Positions 8,251 to 16,858 of a DNA stretch of 27,797 nt are shown in pieces (the first letter of the stretch is position 1; each line of letters starts with the position of its first letter). The translations under genes were made by a program, and so were the position numbers. Origin of the DNA: Bacteroidaceae bacterium (lineage in GTDB: Bacteria > Bacillota_I > Bacilli_A > RF39 > UBA660); contig CAVFIJ010000071.1 in assembly GCA_963622405.1 (NCBI GenBank), positions 1-27,797 on the forward strand, read 5' to 3'. The notes beneath the pieces are model-generated. The model was not told the DNA's origin. It saw nothing but the letters and a program-made list of their open reading frames with translations, and ran no database searches.

Positions 8251-8969
8251 GTTTTTAAGGTTCTTTTATTAAGGATTCTGATAATTTTATTTGATATTGC
8301 TTTATATCCGAGTGTTGATGGGTGTATGTTTTTGGATGTGCATAGGTAATTACTTTTGTTTTTAAATGCTTTTATTGTTTCTATATAAGTAACATTATTG
8401 TTATTGCATGTTTCTTTATATTTTTTGTTAAGATATTCTATTATATGTGATAGTTCTTCATCTTGATATGGATTATAGTATCCTATAAATATTATATCTT
8501 CTTTGCAGTATTCTTTTAATAATTTTATTAATTCATCTAATTCATTTGCAGCACTATCTACATATTCATAGAGTTTATCATAGTTTATTTTTTTATTTTG
8601 ATTTATTTTTGTTAAGATATCATTTGCTCCTATAGAAATTGTTATAAAGTCAGCTTTTATTAGGGCGTTTTGAATTGTTATTTGTTTTCCATTTTGGTTT
8701 GTTTTTACATTTGTTTTTATTTTGTTTTTTAAATCATTTATTCTTTCTCCTTTTGTGGCGAAGTTATTTACATATTTTTCTAGTATGTTTTTTTGGGAAA
8801 GATAGTCCTTAACGTATCCTGAATAGCCTTTTGTTTTTTTTCCGTTACAATCTTCGCCATAGGCGATGGAATCTCCTAAGGCTAAATAGTATATTTTTTT
8901 ATCTATATTACTTAAATATATAAGAAATATAATTAAAAAGATGATACCTGTTATTAATATTTTTTTCAT
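8247..8969 (-). CDS. Membrane-anchored SGNH/GDSL hydrolase (YpmR-like)
   Basis: N-terminal TM; YLALGDSIAYG, ISIGAND, GYYNP and NIHPSTLGY blocks; RBS GAGGTG. Confidence 0.88.
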   Translation of the reverse strand: MKKILITGIIFLIIFLIYLSNIDKKIYYLALGDSIAYGEDCNGKKTKGYSGYVKDYLSQKNILEKYVNNFATKGERINDLKNKIKTNVKTNQNGKQITIQNALIKADFITISIGANDILTKINQNKKINYDKLYEYVDSAANELDELIKLLKEYCKEDIIFIGYYNPYQDEELSHIIEYLNKKYKETCNNNNVTYIETIKAFKNKSNYLCTSKNIHPSTLGYKAISNKIIRILNKRTLKT

Positions 8970-8979
8970 TTTTCACCTC

Positions 8980-9005
8980 AAAAAAAAAGTAGATTTGATC
9001 TACTT
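8980..9005 (-). terminator. murA terminator
   Basis: AAGTAGAT / ATCTACTT with a 3-nt loop, running into 9 T on the minus strand. Confidence 0.7.
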
Positions 9006-9006
9006 A

Positions 9007-9035
9007 ATTATATGTTTATAGTTTAAAGTTTATTC
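9007..9035 (-). promoter_or_regulatory. Putative sigma-E (mother cell) promoter for the SGNH gene
   Basis: GAATAAA, 14-nt spacer, CATATAAT; B. subtilis sigma-E consensus is (G/T)(A/C)ATA(A/T)(A/T)-14-CATACA(A/C)T. Confidence 0.55.
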
Positions 9036-10274
9036 AAGGGTTATGCTTGCTCCAACGGTATTAAGTTTATTTATTAGGTTTTCGTAGCCTCTTAATATGT
9101 ATTTTACTTCTTTTATGGTTGTTTTACCATCGGCTGCGAGGGCTGCGAGTACAAGGCATGCTCCTGCACGAAGGTCTGTTGTTATTACTTCTGTTCCTTT
9201 ATAGTTTGTTGGCCCTTTTATATATATTTTTTGACCTTCAATTTTTATATTAGCTCCCATTACATTTAAGTACTGAATATTTTGAAATCTATTTTCATAG
9301 ATGGTTTCTTCTACTATACTTGTTCCTTCTGCGAGAGCAAGCAAGGCTGTTAATGGCTGCTGAAGGTCTGTTGGAAATCCTGGATATATTTCTGTTTTTA
9401 TATTTATTGGTTTTATATTTTGGGCTTTTGATATAATTATATTTGTTTTATTTATTTGCATATTTATGTTCATTTTTTTCATTGTATTTGTTAGTGATTT
9501 TAGATGGGTTGGATTTAAATTATTTATTTTTAAGTTTTCTCCGACCATTGCTCCTAAGATAACATAGGTTCCAGCTTCTATTCTATCAGGTATTGTAGTA
9601 ATTTCTCCTTTAGATAATTTTTTTACACCTTCAATTGTTAGTTTGCTTGTACCTTTGCCTTTTATTTTAGCACCCATAGAGTTTAAAAAGTCTATTAAAT
9701 TACCTATTTCAGGTTCTTTTGCAGCATTTGAAATTGTCGTTATGCCTTCGGCCATTACGCAAGCAAGTAAGGTATTTACTGTAGTGCCTACGCTTGATTT
9801 TGGAAATTCAATATCTGCTCCAACTAATTTTTTGGCTTTTATTATGTATCTATTATCTATATTTTCAACAGTTGCTCCTAGTTTTTCGAAGGCTTTTAAA
9901 TGAAAATCTATTGGTCTAGCTCCTATTTGGCAACCGCCTGGTAAGTACATTTCAACTTTTTTATATTTTCCTAGGATAGCTCCCATAAAATAATAAGAGG
10001 CTCTTAGTTTTTGGCAGTATTCTTCAGTGATGGGTTTGTTTTTGAATTTTTTTGTATTAATAGTTACTTTGGTTCCTTCTTTGTAAAATTCACATCCAAG
10101 ATAAGATAATATTTCTTTAATATTTCTTACGTCGGAAATATCTGGAATATTATTAATAGTTACTTCATCCGAAAGAATAGATGCAGGAATTAGGGCAACA
10201 GCACTATTTTTAGCACCTCCTATTTCAATAGTTCCTGTTAGTTTATGGTTTCCTTCTATTATTAATTTTTCCAT
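9030..10274 (-). CDS. murA: UDP-N-acetylglucosamine 1-carboxyvinyltransferase
   Basis: GAKNSA, LRASYYFMGA, PGGCQIGARP (active-site Cys), PDRIEAGTY, YPGFPTDLQ, DLRAGA. Confidence 0.97.
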   Translation of the reverse strand: MEKLIIEGNHKLTGTIEIGGAKNSAVALIPASILSDEVTINNIPDISDVRNIKEILSYLGCEFYKEGTKVTINTKKFKNKPITEEYCQKLRASYYFMGAILGKYKKVEMYLPGGCQIGARPIDFHLKAFEKLGATVENIDNRYIIKAKKLVGADIEFPKSSVGTTVNTLLACVMAEGITTISNAAKEPEIGNLIDFLNSMGAKIKGKGTSKLTIEGVKKLSKGEITTIPDRIEAGTYVILGAMVGENLKINNLNPTHLKSLTNTMKKMNINMQINKTNIIISKAQNIKPINIKTEIYPGFPTDLQQPLTALLALAEGTSIVEETIYENRFQNIQYLNVMGANIKIEGQKIYIKGPTNYKGTEVITTDLRAGACLVLAALAADGKTTIKEVKYILRGYENLINKLNTVGASITLE

Positions 10275-10479
10275 TATATCACGCTTTCATTATAATTTAT
10301 GTTTTTTACCTAAAAAGGTGTCTATGTGTATTATACACTATATTTTATAGTTTTTAAATGTTTTTATTATATGAAATAGATGACTTATAGTTAGGAAAAT
10401 TACTTGTTTTTTACGTTTTGTTTACATTTTTTTGTTTTATTTTGTCTATATTCCTTTTATTTATTATTTATTATTTATA

Positions 10480-11010
10480 TTACCTTTTTATATAGTTTTT
10501 TAATATCTCTTGTACTAATGATTTATATTCTACTTGTGTATTTTCTTCAGCTTCTATTAAGCATAAAGGAGGAAATAAAACACACCACCAGTTATCTCCT
10601 TTTCCCTCGCCAAGGGTTATTAATAATGATTTATAATATCCTTCTTCATATTTTATTCCTTTATAGTTTTTTTCTGGAAAATAATTATATCCGTATTTTA
10701 TATTATAATCTAAATTATAATTTTGCCTTTTTAATATTTCGTTTACTTCATTATCTATTTTGGGTAAATTTGATTTGATTATTTTTTCGGCATTATCACT
10801 GTCTTTTGTTTCTTTTAAGAGATTATACATTGTGTTTTGAATGCCTTTTTTTACTTTTCGTTTTATTTTTTGGTCTTCTTTTGAATTAGAATTAGGAACT
10901 ATTCTTATTCGAATTGAATCCTCTGGAATTTTTATGGCACCCTCTACTATTTTTGGAGATATTACATAAAATGCTATTATAAATATTATTAAGATTATTA
11001 TTTTTTTCAT
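10480..11010 (-). CDS. spoIIR: Stage II sporulation protein R (likely start 11010; ORF track starts at 11064)
   Basis: Signal peptide MKKIII..; IPEDSIRIRIVPNSNS.EDQ; FPEK.Y....Y..G.Y; GEGKGDNWWCVLFPPLC. Confidence 0.94.
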   Translation of the reverse strand: MKKIIILIIFIIAFYVISPKIVEGAIKIPEDSIRIRIVPNSNSKEDQKIKRKVKKGIQNTMYNLLKETKDSDNAEKIIKSNLPKIDNEVNEILKRQNYNLDYNIKYGYNYFPEKNYKGIKYEEGYYKSLLITLGEGKGDNWWCVLFPPLCLIEAEENTQVEYKSLVQEILKNYIKR

Positions 11011-11012
11011 AT

Positions 11013-11062
11013 TAAAATCCGCCCTTCTATTTAATAATGGACGGATTTTATTTTTTTTATTC
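11013..11062 (-). promoter_or_regulatory. RBS-sequestering hairpin with an overlapping sigma-F/G-like promoter for spoIIR
   Basis: 12-bp stem TAAAATCCGTCC / GGGCGGATTTTA (one G-U) ending 2 nt before ATG; GAATA, 18-nt spacer, CATTATT. Confidence 0.55.
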
Positions 11063-11070
11063 ATAATATT

Positions 11071-11520
11071 TTATTTGTGGTATGTTTCTCCACTTATTAT
11101 TTTATGACTTCTATATATTTGTTCTAGTAGTATTATTCTAAATAGTTGGTGAGGAAATGTCATTTTAGAAAATGAAAGTTTATAGTTACTTCTTTGTTTA
11201 ATTTCATCTCCTAGCCCGTATGAACCTCCAATTACAAATATTATGTTTGAATGATTTATTTTCCAATTATTTATTGCTTTAGAAAATTCAACTGAGTCTA
11301 ATTGTTTGCCTTCTATTTCTAGGGTTATTACATAGTCATTACTATTTATTTTATTTAATATTTTTAGGCCTTCTACTGCTTTAGCTTTTTCTTTAATTGG
11401 TTCATCTGGTATTTCTATTATTTCTATTTTTGCATATTTTGATATTCGTTTTTGATATTCGTTTACAGCTTCTTTAAAAAAGTCTTCTTTGATTTTACCT
11501 ACACATATTATTTTTATCAT
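11071..11520 (-). CDS. rlmH: 23S rRNA (pseudouridine1915-N3)-methyltransferase
   Basis: VGKIKE; FVIGGSYGL; LSFSKMTFPHQLFRIILLEQIYR...YHK. Confidence 0.97.
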   Translation of the reverse strand: MIKIICVGKIKEDFFKEAVNEYQKRISKYAKIEIIEIPDEPIKEKAKAVEGLKILNKINSNDYVITLEIEGKQLDSVEFSKAINNWKINHSNIIFVIGGSYGLGDEIKQRSNYKLSFSKMTFPHQLFRIILLEQIYRSHKIISGETYHK

Positions 11521-12275
11521 ATTTCTACTACCTCAGTTCTTTCTTTTTGGGTTGCGATGATTACTTTTGGTGGTTCTTTTCCTGCTTTTTTAAATGCTTT
11601 ATAGTATTCTGATAAGGCAAGTGCAGGCTCATTATTATGTTCACTTAAATGAGCAAGTATAACTTGGGATGTGATTGGTGTTGTAAATTCTGATAGATAG
11701 TAGCCACATTCTTTATTTGATAGATGTCCTTTATCTCCAAGTATTCTTTGTTTAAGATAATATGGATAATTACTTTTCATAAGCATGTTAATATCGTGAT
11801 TACTTTCTAATATATACATGTTATGGTTTTTTAGTTTTGAAAAGTTTCGCATGTTTATATATCCTGTATCTGTCATATACATTATGCTTTTGTTTTTTGT
11901 TTTGAAGATATAGCCGTTTGAATCCGCAGCGTCATGTGATGTTTTTATTGGTGTTACTCTAAGGTCTTCTATTGTCATTTCTTTTGTTATGTAGCAGGTT
12001 TTTTCTATTATTAATTTCAGTTCTTCTTCCATTTCTTCTGTTAGATAGACTGTTGGATTATATTTTTTTAGAAATACTCTAAGTCCATTTATATGATCAC
12101 TATGTGTATGGGTGATAAATATATTTTGTATTTCTTTTGAATCTACATTTATTTCTTTTAATTTCTTTTCAATATAACCGCATGTCATTCCGATGTCGAT
12201 TAGTGATTTTGTTTTTTCTGTTTCTATATAGGTAGCATTACCTTTACTACCACTTGCTAGAACACATACTTTCAT
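11517..12275 (-). CDS. walJ: MBL-fold metallo-hydrolase, WalJ/YycJ family
   Basis: LASGSKGNA, THTHSDH, SHDA, TDTG, ESNHD, GHLSN, HLSEHNN; upstream of rlmH. Confidence 0.88.
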   Translation of the reverse strand: MKVCVLASGSKGNATYIETEKTKSLIDIGMTCGYIEKKLKEINVDSKEIQNIFITHTHSDHINGLRVFLKKYNPTVYLTEEMEEELKLIIEKTCYITKEMTIEDLRVTPIKTSHDAADSNGYIFKTKNKSIMYMTDTGYINMRNFSKLKNHNMYILESNHDINMLMKSNYPYYLKQRILGDKGHLSNKECGYYLSEFTTPITSQVILAHLSEHNNEPALALSEYYKAFKKAGKEPPKVIIATQKERTEVVEI

Positions 12276-13754
12276 TTAGTACCCATTTGGATAAAGAACT
12301 GATGGGTTTACGTGATTCCATTTTGAACCTTTCCACACTTCATAGTGAACGTGAGGTCCTGTTGAATCACCTGTTGAGCCGACATAACCTATTACGTCGC
12401 CTTTGGCAACGGTAGCACCGACTTTGGCAGCAATTTTGGACATGTGGGCATATAGTGTCATATATCCATTATTATGGTTTATTACTACATAATATCCATA
12501 GCTATAATGGTATTCTGCAATCATGACTACCCCATTATTTGTGGCATATATGTTTGATCCATAGCCTGTTCCTGATATGTCTAGTCCTGTATGTAATTCA
12601 CGGCCTCTTCCAAGTGGACTATTACGATATGCATAGTTACTTGATAATGTCCAACCACTATCTGTTGGCCATCCCCAGTTTGTTAGGCTACCTACTGTTG
12701 GTATATATTTATTTCCTTTTTTGATTATTCTTGTTGTTGAGTTCTTTATTATTTGTTTGTCTTTTGGTTCAACATAAACTATATCTCCGTTGATTATTTT
12801 TTCTTCTTGGGATACTCTATTTATTCCATTTTGTCCTTCTTGTATTACTTCTTCACTTCCTAAGACTAGGTTGTCATCATATTTTTCTTCGGTTTGGAAT
12901 GTACTTTCAACATCATTTACTGTATATTTTTCTTCAACTACACTTATTTGAGGATTAGTTACTGCAATTTTAAGTTGTTCACCTTGATATAGAAGGTTTG
13001 ATTTGTTGTTTAGATTGTCATTAGCAAGCAATAGTTCTTCTTCAGATACTTGGTTTTTAAAGGCAACGGTTTCAATTGTATCTCCTGCATTTACCGTGTA
13101 TGTTTTTTCTTCATAGTTATTACCATACAGCAAATATTTACTTAATTCTTCTGCATTACTATATATTGTTTTGTTAACTGAAATTTTTTTCTTTTTGTAT
13201 GTTATATTTTCATTTATATAAACATTTTCTATTTTCTCTCCTGTTCCTTCTATTTCTTTTTGATTGTTATTTATATATAAATTATATTCGTCTTCTCCTA
13301 CGTATGTACTAATTATAGTGTTTACAGCTTCTTTGAATACTTTTTTTTCTAAAACATTTATTTTGTTTTTTACATTTTTTTCTTTACCATCTTCGTTTAT
13401 GGTTTTGGTAATAGTAAATTCATAACCGTTAACTGTAAAATTGGCATTTTTTTTGATTTTTTTATATATGGTTTTTATGTTTTCTGTTTTACCATTATAT
13501 GTTTTTAATTTTTCAACACGGAGTCCTGATGGTGCATATATTTTTGAGACATTATATTTTTTTTTGTAATATTCACCATTTTCGTTTATATAATTTTTTA
13601 ATTTTTCCTTTGATGTTACTACTCCTAAAACTTCGCCATCTAAATATACTTTATAGTAATTGTTAGGGAGTTTTATGTTTGGCGTGCTTATTACAAATGT
13701 TATTCCTAGGGAAATTAATATGGCTATTACTACTAATAGGTTATTATGTTTCAA
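12276..13754 (-). CDS. Membrane-anchored peptidoglycan DD-endopeptidase (LysM, G5 and M23 domains)
   Basis: N-terminal TM; YTVNAGDT LysM; QEGQNG G5-like; HTGLD, YAHM and STGPHVHYEV M23 motifs; TTG start with AGGTGA RBS. Confidence 0.92.
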   Translation of the reverse strand: MKHNNLLVVIAILISLGITFVISTPNIKLPNNYYKVYLDGEVLGVVTSKEKLKNYINENGEYYKKKYNVSKIYAPSGLRVEKLKTYNGKTENIKTIYKKIKKNANFTVNGYEFTITKTINEDGKEKNVKNKINVLEKKVFKEAVNTIISTYVGEDEYNLYINNNQKEIEGTGEKIENVYINENITYKKKKISVNKTIYSNAEELSKYLLYGNNYEEKTYTVNAGDTIETVAFKNQVSEEELLLANDNLNNKSNLLYQGEQLKIAVTNPQISVVEEKYTVNDVESTFQTEEKYDDNLVLGSEEVIQEGQNGINRVSQEEKIINGDIVYVEPKDKQIIKNSTTRIIKKGNKYIPTVGSLTNWGWPTDSGWTLSSNYAYRNSPLGRGRELHTGLDISGTGYGSNIYATNNGVVMIAEYHYSYGYYVVINHNNGYMTLYAHMSKIAAKVGATVAKGDVIGYVGSTGDSTGPHVHYEVWKGSKWNHVNPSVLYPNGY

Positions 13755-13762
13755 GTTATCAC

Positions 13763-15106
13763 CTACTCTTCTTCTACTCTTTCCATGTTGAAAAACGAAC
13801 TGGTATTTCTTTTGAAGATAAATTCTACTGTGGCTGTTGGACCATTACGATGTTTACCCATTATAAATTCACTTTTACTTGTGTTTGGGTCAACTGCGGC
13901 TTCTTTATTATAGTAATCATCACGATAAAGGAAGGCTACTATGTCGGCATCCTGTTCTATTGAACCTGATTCTCTTAAGTCTGATAGTAATGGTCTTTTA
14001 TCTTCTCTACTATCAACACTACGAGATAATTGAGCAAGGGCAATTACAGGTATATTTAGTTCCATAGCCATGGTTTTTAATGAACGAGATATTTCTGATA
14101 CTTCTTGTTGTCTTTGACCTAAATATCTTGAAGAACCGTTTATTAATTGTAAGTAGTCTATAATTACTATATCTAGTCCTTCTTCTGAGTTTGCTAGTCT
14201 ACGGCATTTTGACCTTATTTCGCTTACTGTTTGACCTGGGGTATCATCTATGAATAGTTTTTTATCTGATAATCTACTTATAGCTTCATTAACTCTTTTC
14301 CAATCTTGATGATCTAGTTTGCCTGTCATTAGTTTAGGCATTTCGATTTGTCCTATTTGGGCAAGCATTCTAACTACCAATTGTTCTGCACCCATTTCCA
14401 TGTTGAATAGGGCAACACTTTTTCCAAAGTTTATGGCCATGTTGGTGGCAAGATTTACGGCGAATGCAGTTTTACCCATTGATGGTCTTGCTGCGATAAT
14501 GATTAGTTCATTTTCGTGAAATCCTTTTGTTAATCTATCTAAATCGTGGTATCCTGTTGGAATCCCCGTTACTTCGCTTTTTTGTTTTGAAAGTTCTTCT
14601 AAATCTGATTGGGCTTTGTATAAAACATCTTTTATTTTTTTGAATTCAGTGCTTCTTCTATCTTTTACGACATCTAGTAGTTTTTTTTCAGCATCATCTA
14701 AAAGGTCTCCTATGGCATCTGTTGATGAGAATCCTTCGGTTACAATGGCAGTTGCGGTTTCTATTAGTCTTCTTCTTAGATATGTTTCATTTATGATTTT
14801 TATATATTCATCTACATTTGCGGCGGTTGGTACTTTATTTATTATTTCTGCTAGATACTCTACTCCTCCAATGGTTGCGAGTTTTTTGTTTTTTGTAAGT
14901 TCTGCGGTTACTGTGGTTGCATCTATAGGGGTGTTTTTTTCCATTAGTGTTTTAATTGTTTCAAAGAGTTCTTGATGGGCAGTTGTATAGAAATTTTCTT
15001 TTTGCAATTCATCTATTACTTTTTGGCCTGCATATTTGCTTAAAAAAATTGAGCCTAGTGCGGCGGCTTCGGCGTCGATGTTATTGGGCATTATTCTTTC
15101 ATTCAT
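13763..15106 (-). CDS. dnaB: Replicative DNA helicase (DnaB family; DnaC in Bacillus); start may be 15106, 15118 or 15127
   Basis: AARPSMGKT, IDYLQL, QLSR, SDLRESGSIEQDAD, KHRNGP. Confidence 0.97.
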   Translation of the reverse strand: MNERIMPNNIDAEAAALGSIFLSKYAGQKVIDELQKENFYTTAHQELFETIKTLMEKNTPIDATTVTAELTKNKKLATIGGVEYLAEIINKVPTAANVDEYIKIINETYLRRRLIETATAIVTEGFSSTDAIGDLLDDAEKKLLDVVKDRRSTEFKKIKDVLYKAQSDLEELSKQKSEVTGIPTGYHDLDRLTKGFHENELIIIAARPSMGKTAFAVNLATNMAINFGKSVALFNMEMGAEQLVVRMLAQIGQIEMPKLMTGKLDHQDWKRVNEAISRLSDKKLFIDDTPGQTVSEIRSKCRRLANSEEGLDIVIIDYLQLINGSSRYLGQRQQEVSEISRSLKTMAMELNIPVIALAQLSRSVDSREDKRPLLSDLRESGSIEQDADIVAFLYRDDYYNKEAAVDPNTSKSEFIMGKHRNGPTATVEFIFKRNTSSFFNMERVEEE

Positions 15107-15162
15107 TTTGCGATTCATTCCTTTCATTTATTTTAGGCTAATATGGCTTAAAACAATATTAT

Positions 15163-15600
15163 TTACTTAGTTAGTTTAATTTTTAGGTCAGCCTCAATAT
15201 TTTTATGTAGTTCGATTTTTATAACAGTTACACCTAATGTATTTATTGGAAGAGATGTTTTTATTTTTCTTTTATCTATATCAAATCCATGTTCTTTTAA
15301 TTTGCTGCTTATTTGCTTTGTGCTTATGCTTCCAAATATTTGTCCTTCTTTTCCTGTTTTAACGCTGAATGTTATTGTTAATTTTTCTAGTTCTTCTTTT
15401 ATTTTTTTACATTTGCTTATTTGATTTTGCTCTTCTAGGTGTTTTTTTAGGTTTTCTGTTTCTAATACTTTTTTGCTTGTTTTTGTTTCTAATACGGCTT
15501 TTTTGTCGTTTATTAGATATGTTCCATAACCATCTTTAACTGTGATGGTTTCCCCTTTTTTTCCTTGCTTTTTTACATCTTCTAGCAATATTACACGCAT
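15163..15600 (-). CDS. rplI: 50S ribosomal protein bL9
   Basis: MRVILLEDVKKQGKKGE...VKDGYG; FGSIS; precedes dnaB. Confidence 0.96.
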   Translation of the reverse strand: MRVILLEDVKKQGKKGETITVKDGYGTYLINDKKAVLETKTSKKVLETENLKKHLEEQNQISKCKKIKEELEKLTITFSVKTGKEGQIFGSISTKQISSKLKEHGFDIDKRKIKTSLPINTLGVTVIKIELHKNIEADLKIKLTK

Positions 15601-15601
15601 T

Positions 15602-16579
15602 TTATTCCTCCTCTAGGGCCTTTTTTATTAATTTTATTATTTCTTTTGTTTTTAGGTTTTTAAATTGGGCTGCGGCATCTGTTATATGGCCACCACCACC
15701 AATTTTATTCATGATTTCAGCGACATTTATTTGTCCCATTGACCTTGCACTTACACCTGTTTGGCCATCATTTAATTTTCCGACTGCAAATGAAGCTTCA
15801 ACCCCATCAAAGCTTAGTAATTCATCGGCAAGAAGGGCTAATTCAACTGGATCATTTTTTTCTTTATCTCCCATGTCGCATAGTAAGTAGCCTTCTTTTA
15901 TATAATAACTTTTCTTTATATAGTTATGTCTTTTTGTGGCATCGGCTTTGTTTTCTTTTAGTATTTCTTTTTTTAATATTGGGTCTGTGCCTAATTTAGT
16001 TAAATAGCCAGCCATTTTAAAGGTGTTTTCACTTGTTTTTAAGCTATAGGAACGAGTATCTATTTCCATTCCTGCACTTAATAGTGTTATTATTACTGGG
16101 TCTAAGGTTTTGTTTAAATATTTTATATATTCTGTAATTATTTCAACGACACTTGATTTACTTGAATTTATATATTCAAATATAGTGTTTTTTATATGAT
16201 TTGCGGTTGTTGTATGATGGTCAATTACAAATATATCTTTTATTAAGGTTAATAATTCACTATTTTCTACTATAGATGGGACTTGTGTATCTAAGACAAT
16301 AAGTAATGTATTTTCATCAATGAGTTTTAAAATTTCTTCATAATTCTTAAAATTAATTTCTATGTTTTTTTCTTTTAGTGCTTGAATACCTTTTTCTAAT
16401 GACATATTTACTTGGTCTTTTGGAAATAAAATGTAGCTTTCTTTTTTCAGTGATTTAATTATTTTTGAAAGTGCTATTGCACTTCCCATTCCATCTAAAT
16501 CTGGATGTTTATGGGTCATTAATACTATATTTGAATGATTTTTTATATTTTCTGTCAATTTTTGAAATAAGTACTCCAT
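15602..16579 (-). CDS. DHH/DHHA1 phosphodiesterase equivalent to the GdpP catalytic half (likely start 16579)
   Basis: HKHPDLD, VLD, IDHH, SARS and GGGGH motifs; occupies the gdpP position before rplI-dnaB; RBS GAGGTG (16586-16591). Confidence 0.88.
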   Translation of the reverse strand: MEYLFQKLTENIKNHSNIVLMTHKHPDLDGMGSAIALSKIIKSLKKESYILFPKDQVNMSLEKGIQALKEKNIEINFKNYEEILKLIDENTLLIVLDTQVPSIVENSELLTLIKDIFVIDHHTTTANHIKNTIFEYINSSKSSVVEIITEYIKYLNKTLDPVIITLLSAGMEIDTRSYSLKTSENTFKMAGYLTKLGTDPILKKEILKENKADATKRHNYIKKSYYIKEGYLLCDMGDKEKNDPVELALLADELLSFDGVEASFAVGKLNDGQTGVSARSMGQINVAEIMNKIGGGGHITDAAAQFKNLKTKEIIKLIKKALEEE

Positions 16580-16743
16580 TTTTTTCACCTCAACATTATT
16601 ATACTATAATTTTAATTTATTGTCTTTATTTTTGTGGTGAAAGAATGTGTTTGGTTTGTTTATTTAACCTTATAATTATCTTCTTTTGAATTGTTTGTTT
16701 TTTATAGCACTATGTATTCTTCTTATATCAATATTAATATTAT

Positions 16744-16780
16744 AAAAAACTCTATTAGTTTTTTTGTTAATAGAGTTTTT
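16744..16780 (-). terminator. Intrinsic terminator downstream of mfd
   Basis: AAAAACTCTATTA / TAATAGAGTTTTT inverted repeat. Confidence 0.75.
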
Positions 16781-16858
16781 AATATATATTAATGACTGAA
16801 ATTAAGTAACAGCATCTTCTAGTGTATGTCTATTCTATCACAGGTTTATTATTTTTAA

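Noticed and set aside
10275..10479. sRNA or small ORF between spoIIR and murA, including the GTGTA-tta-TACAC palindrome
   Set aside because: No ORF with a usable RBS and no stable structure; the palindrome is centred on a TATAAT and is probably just the murA promoter
11011..11064. N-terminal extension MNKKNKIRPLLNRRADFN of SpoIIR
   Set aside because: No RBS before 11064; the signal peptide starts at ATG 11010 and the extension coincides with the regulatory hairpin
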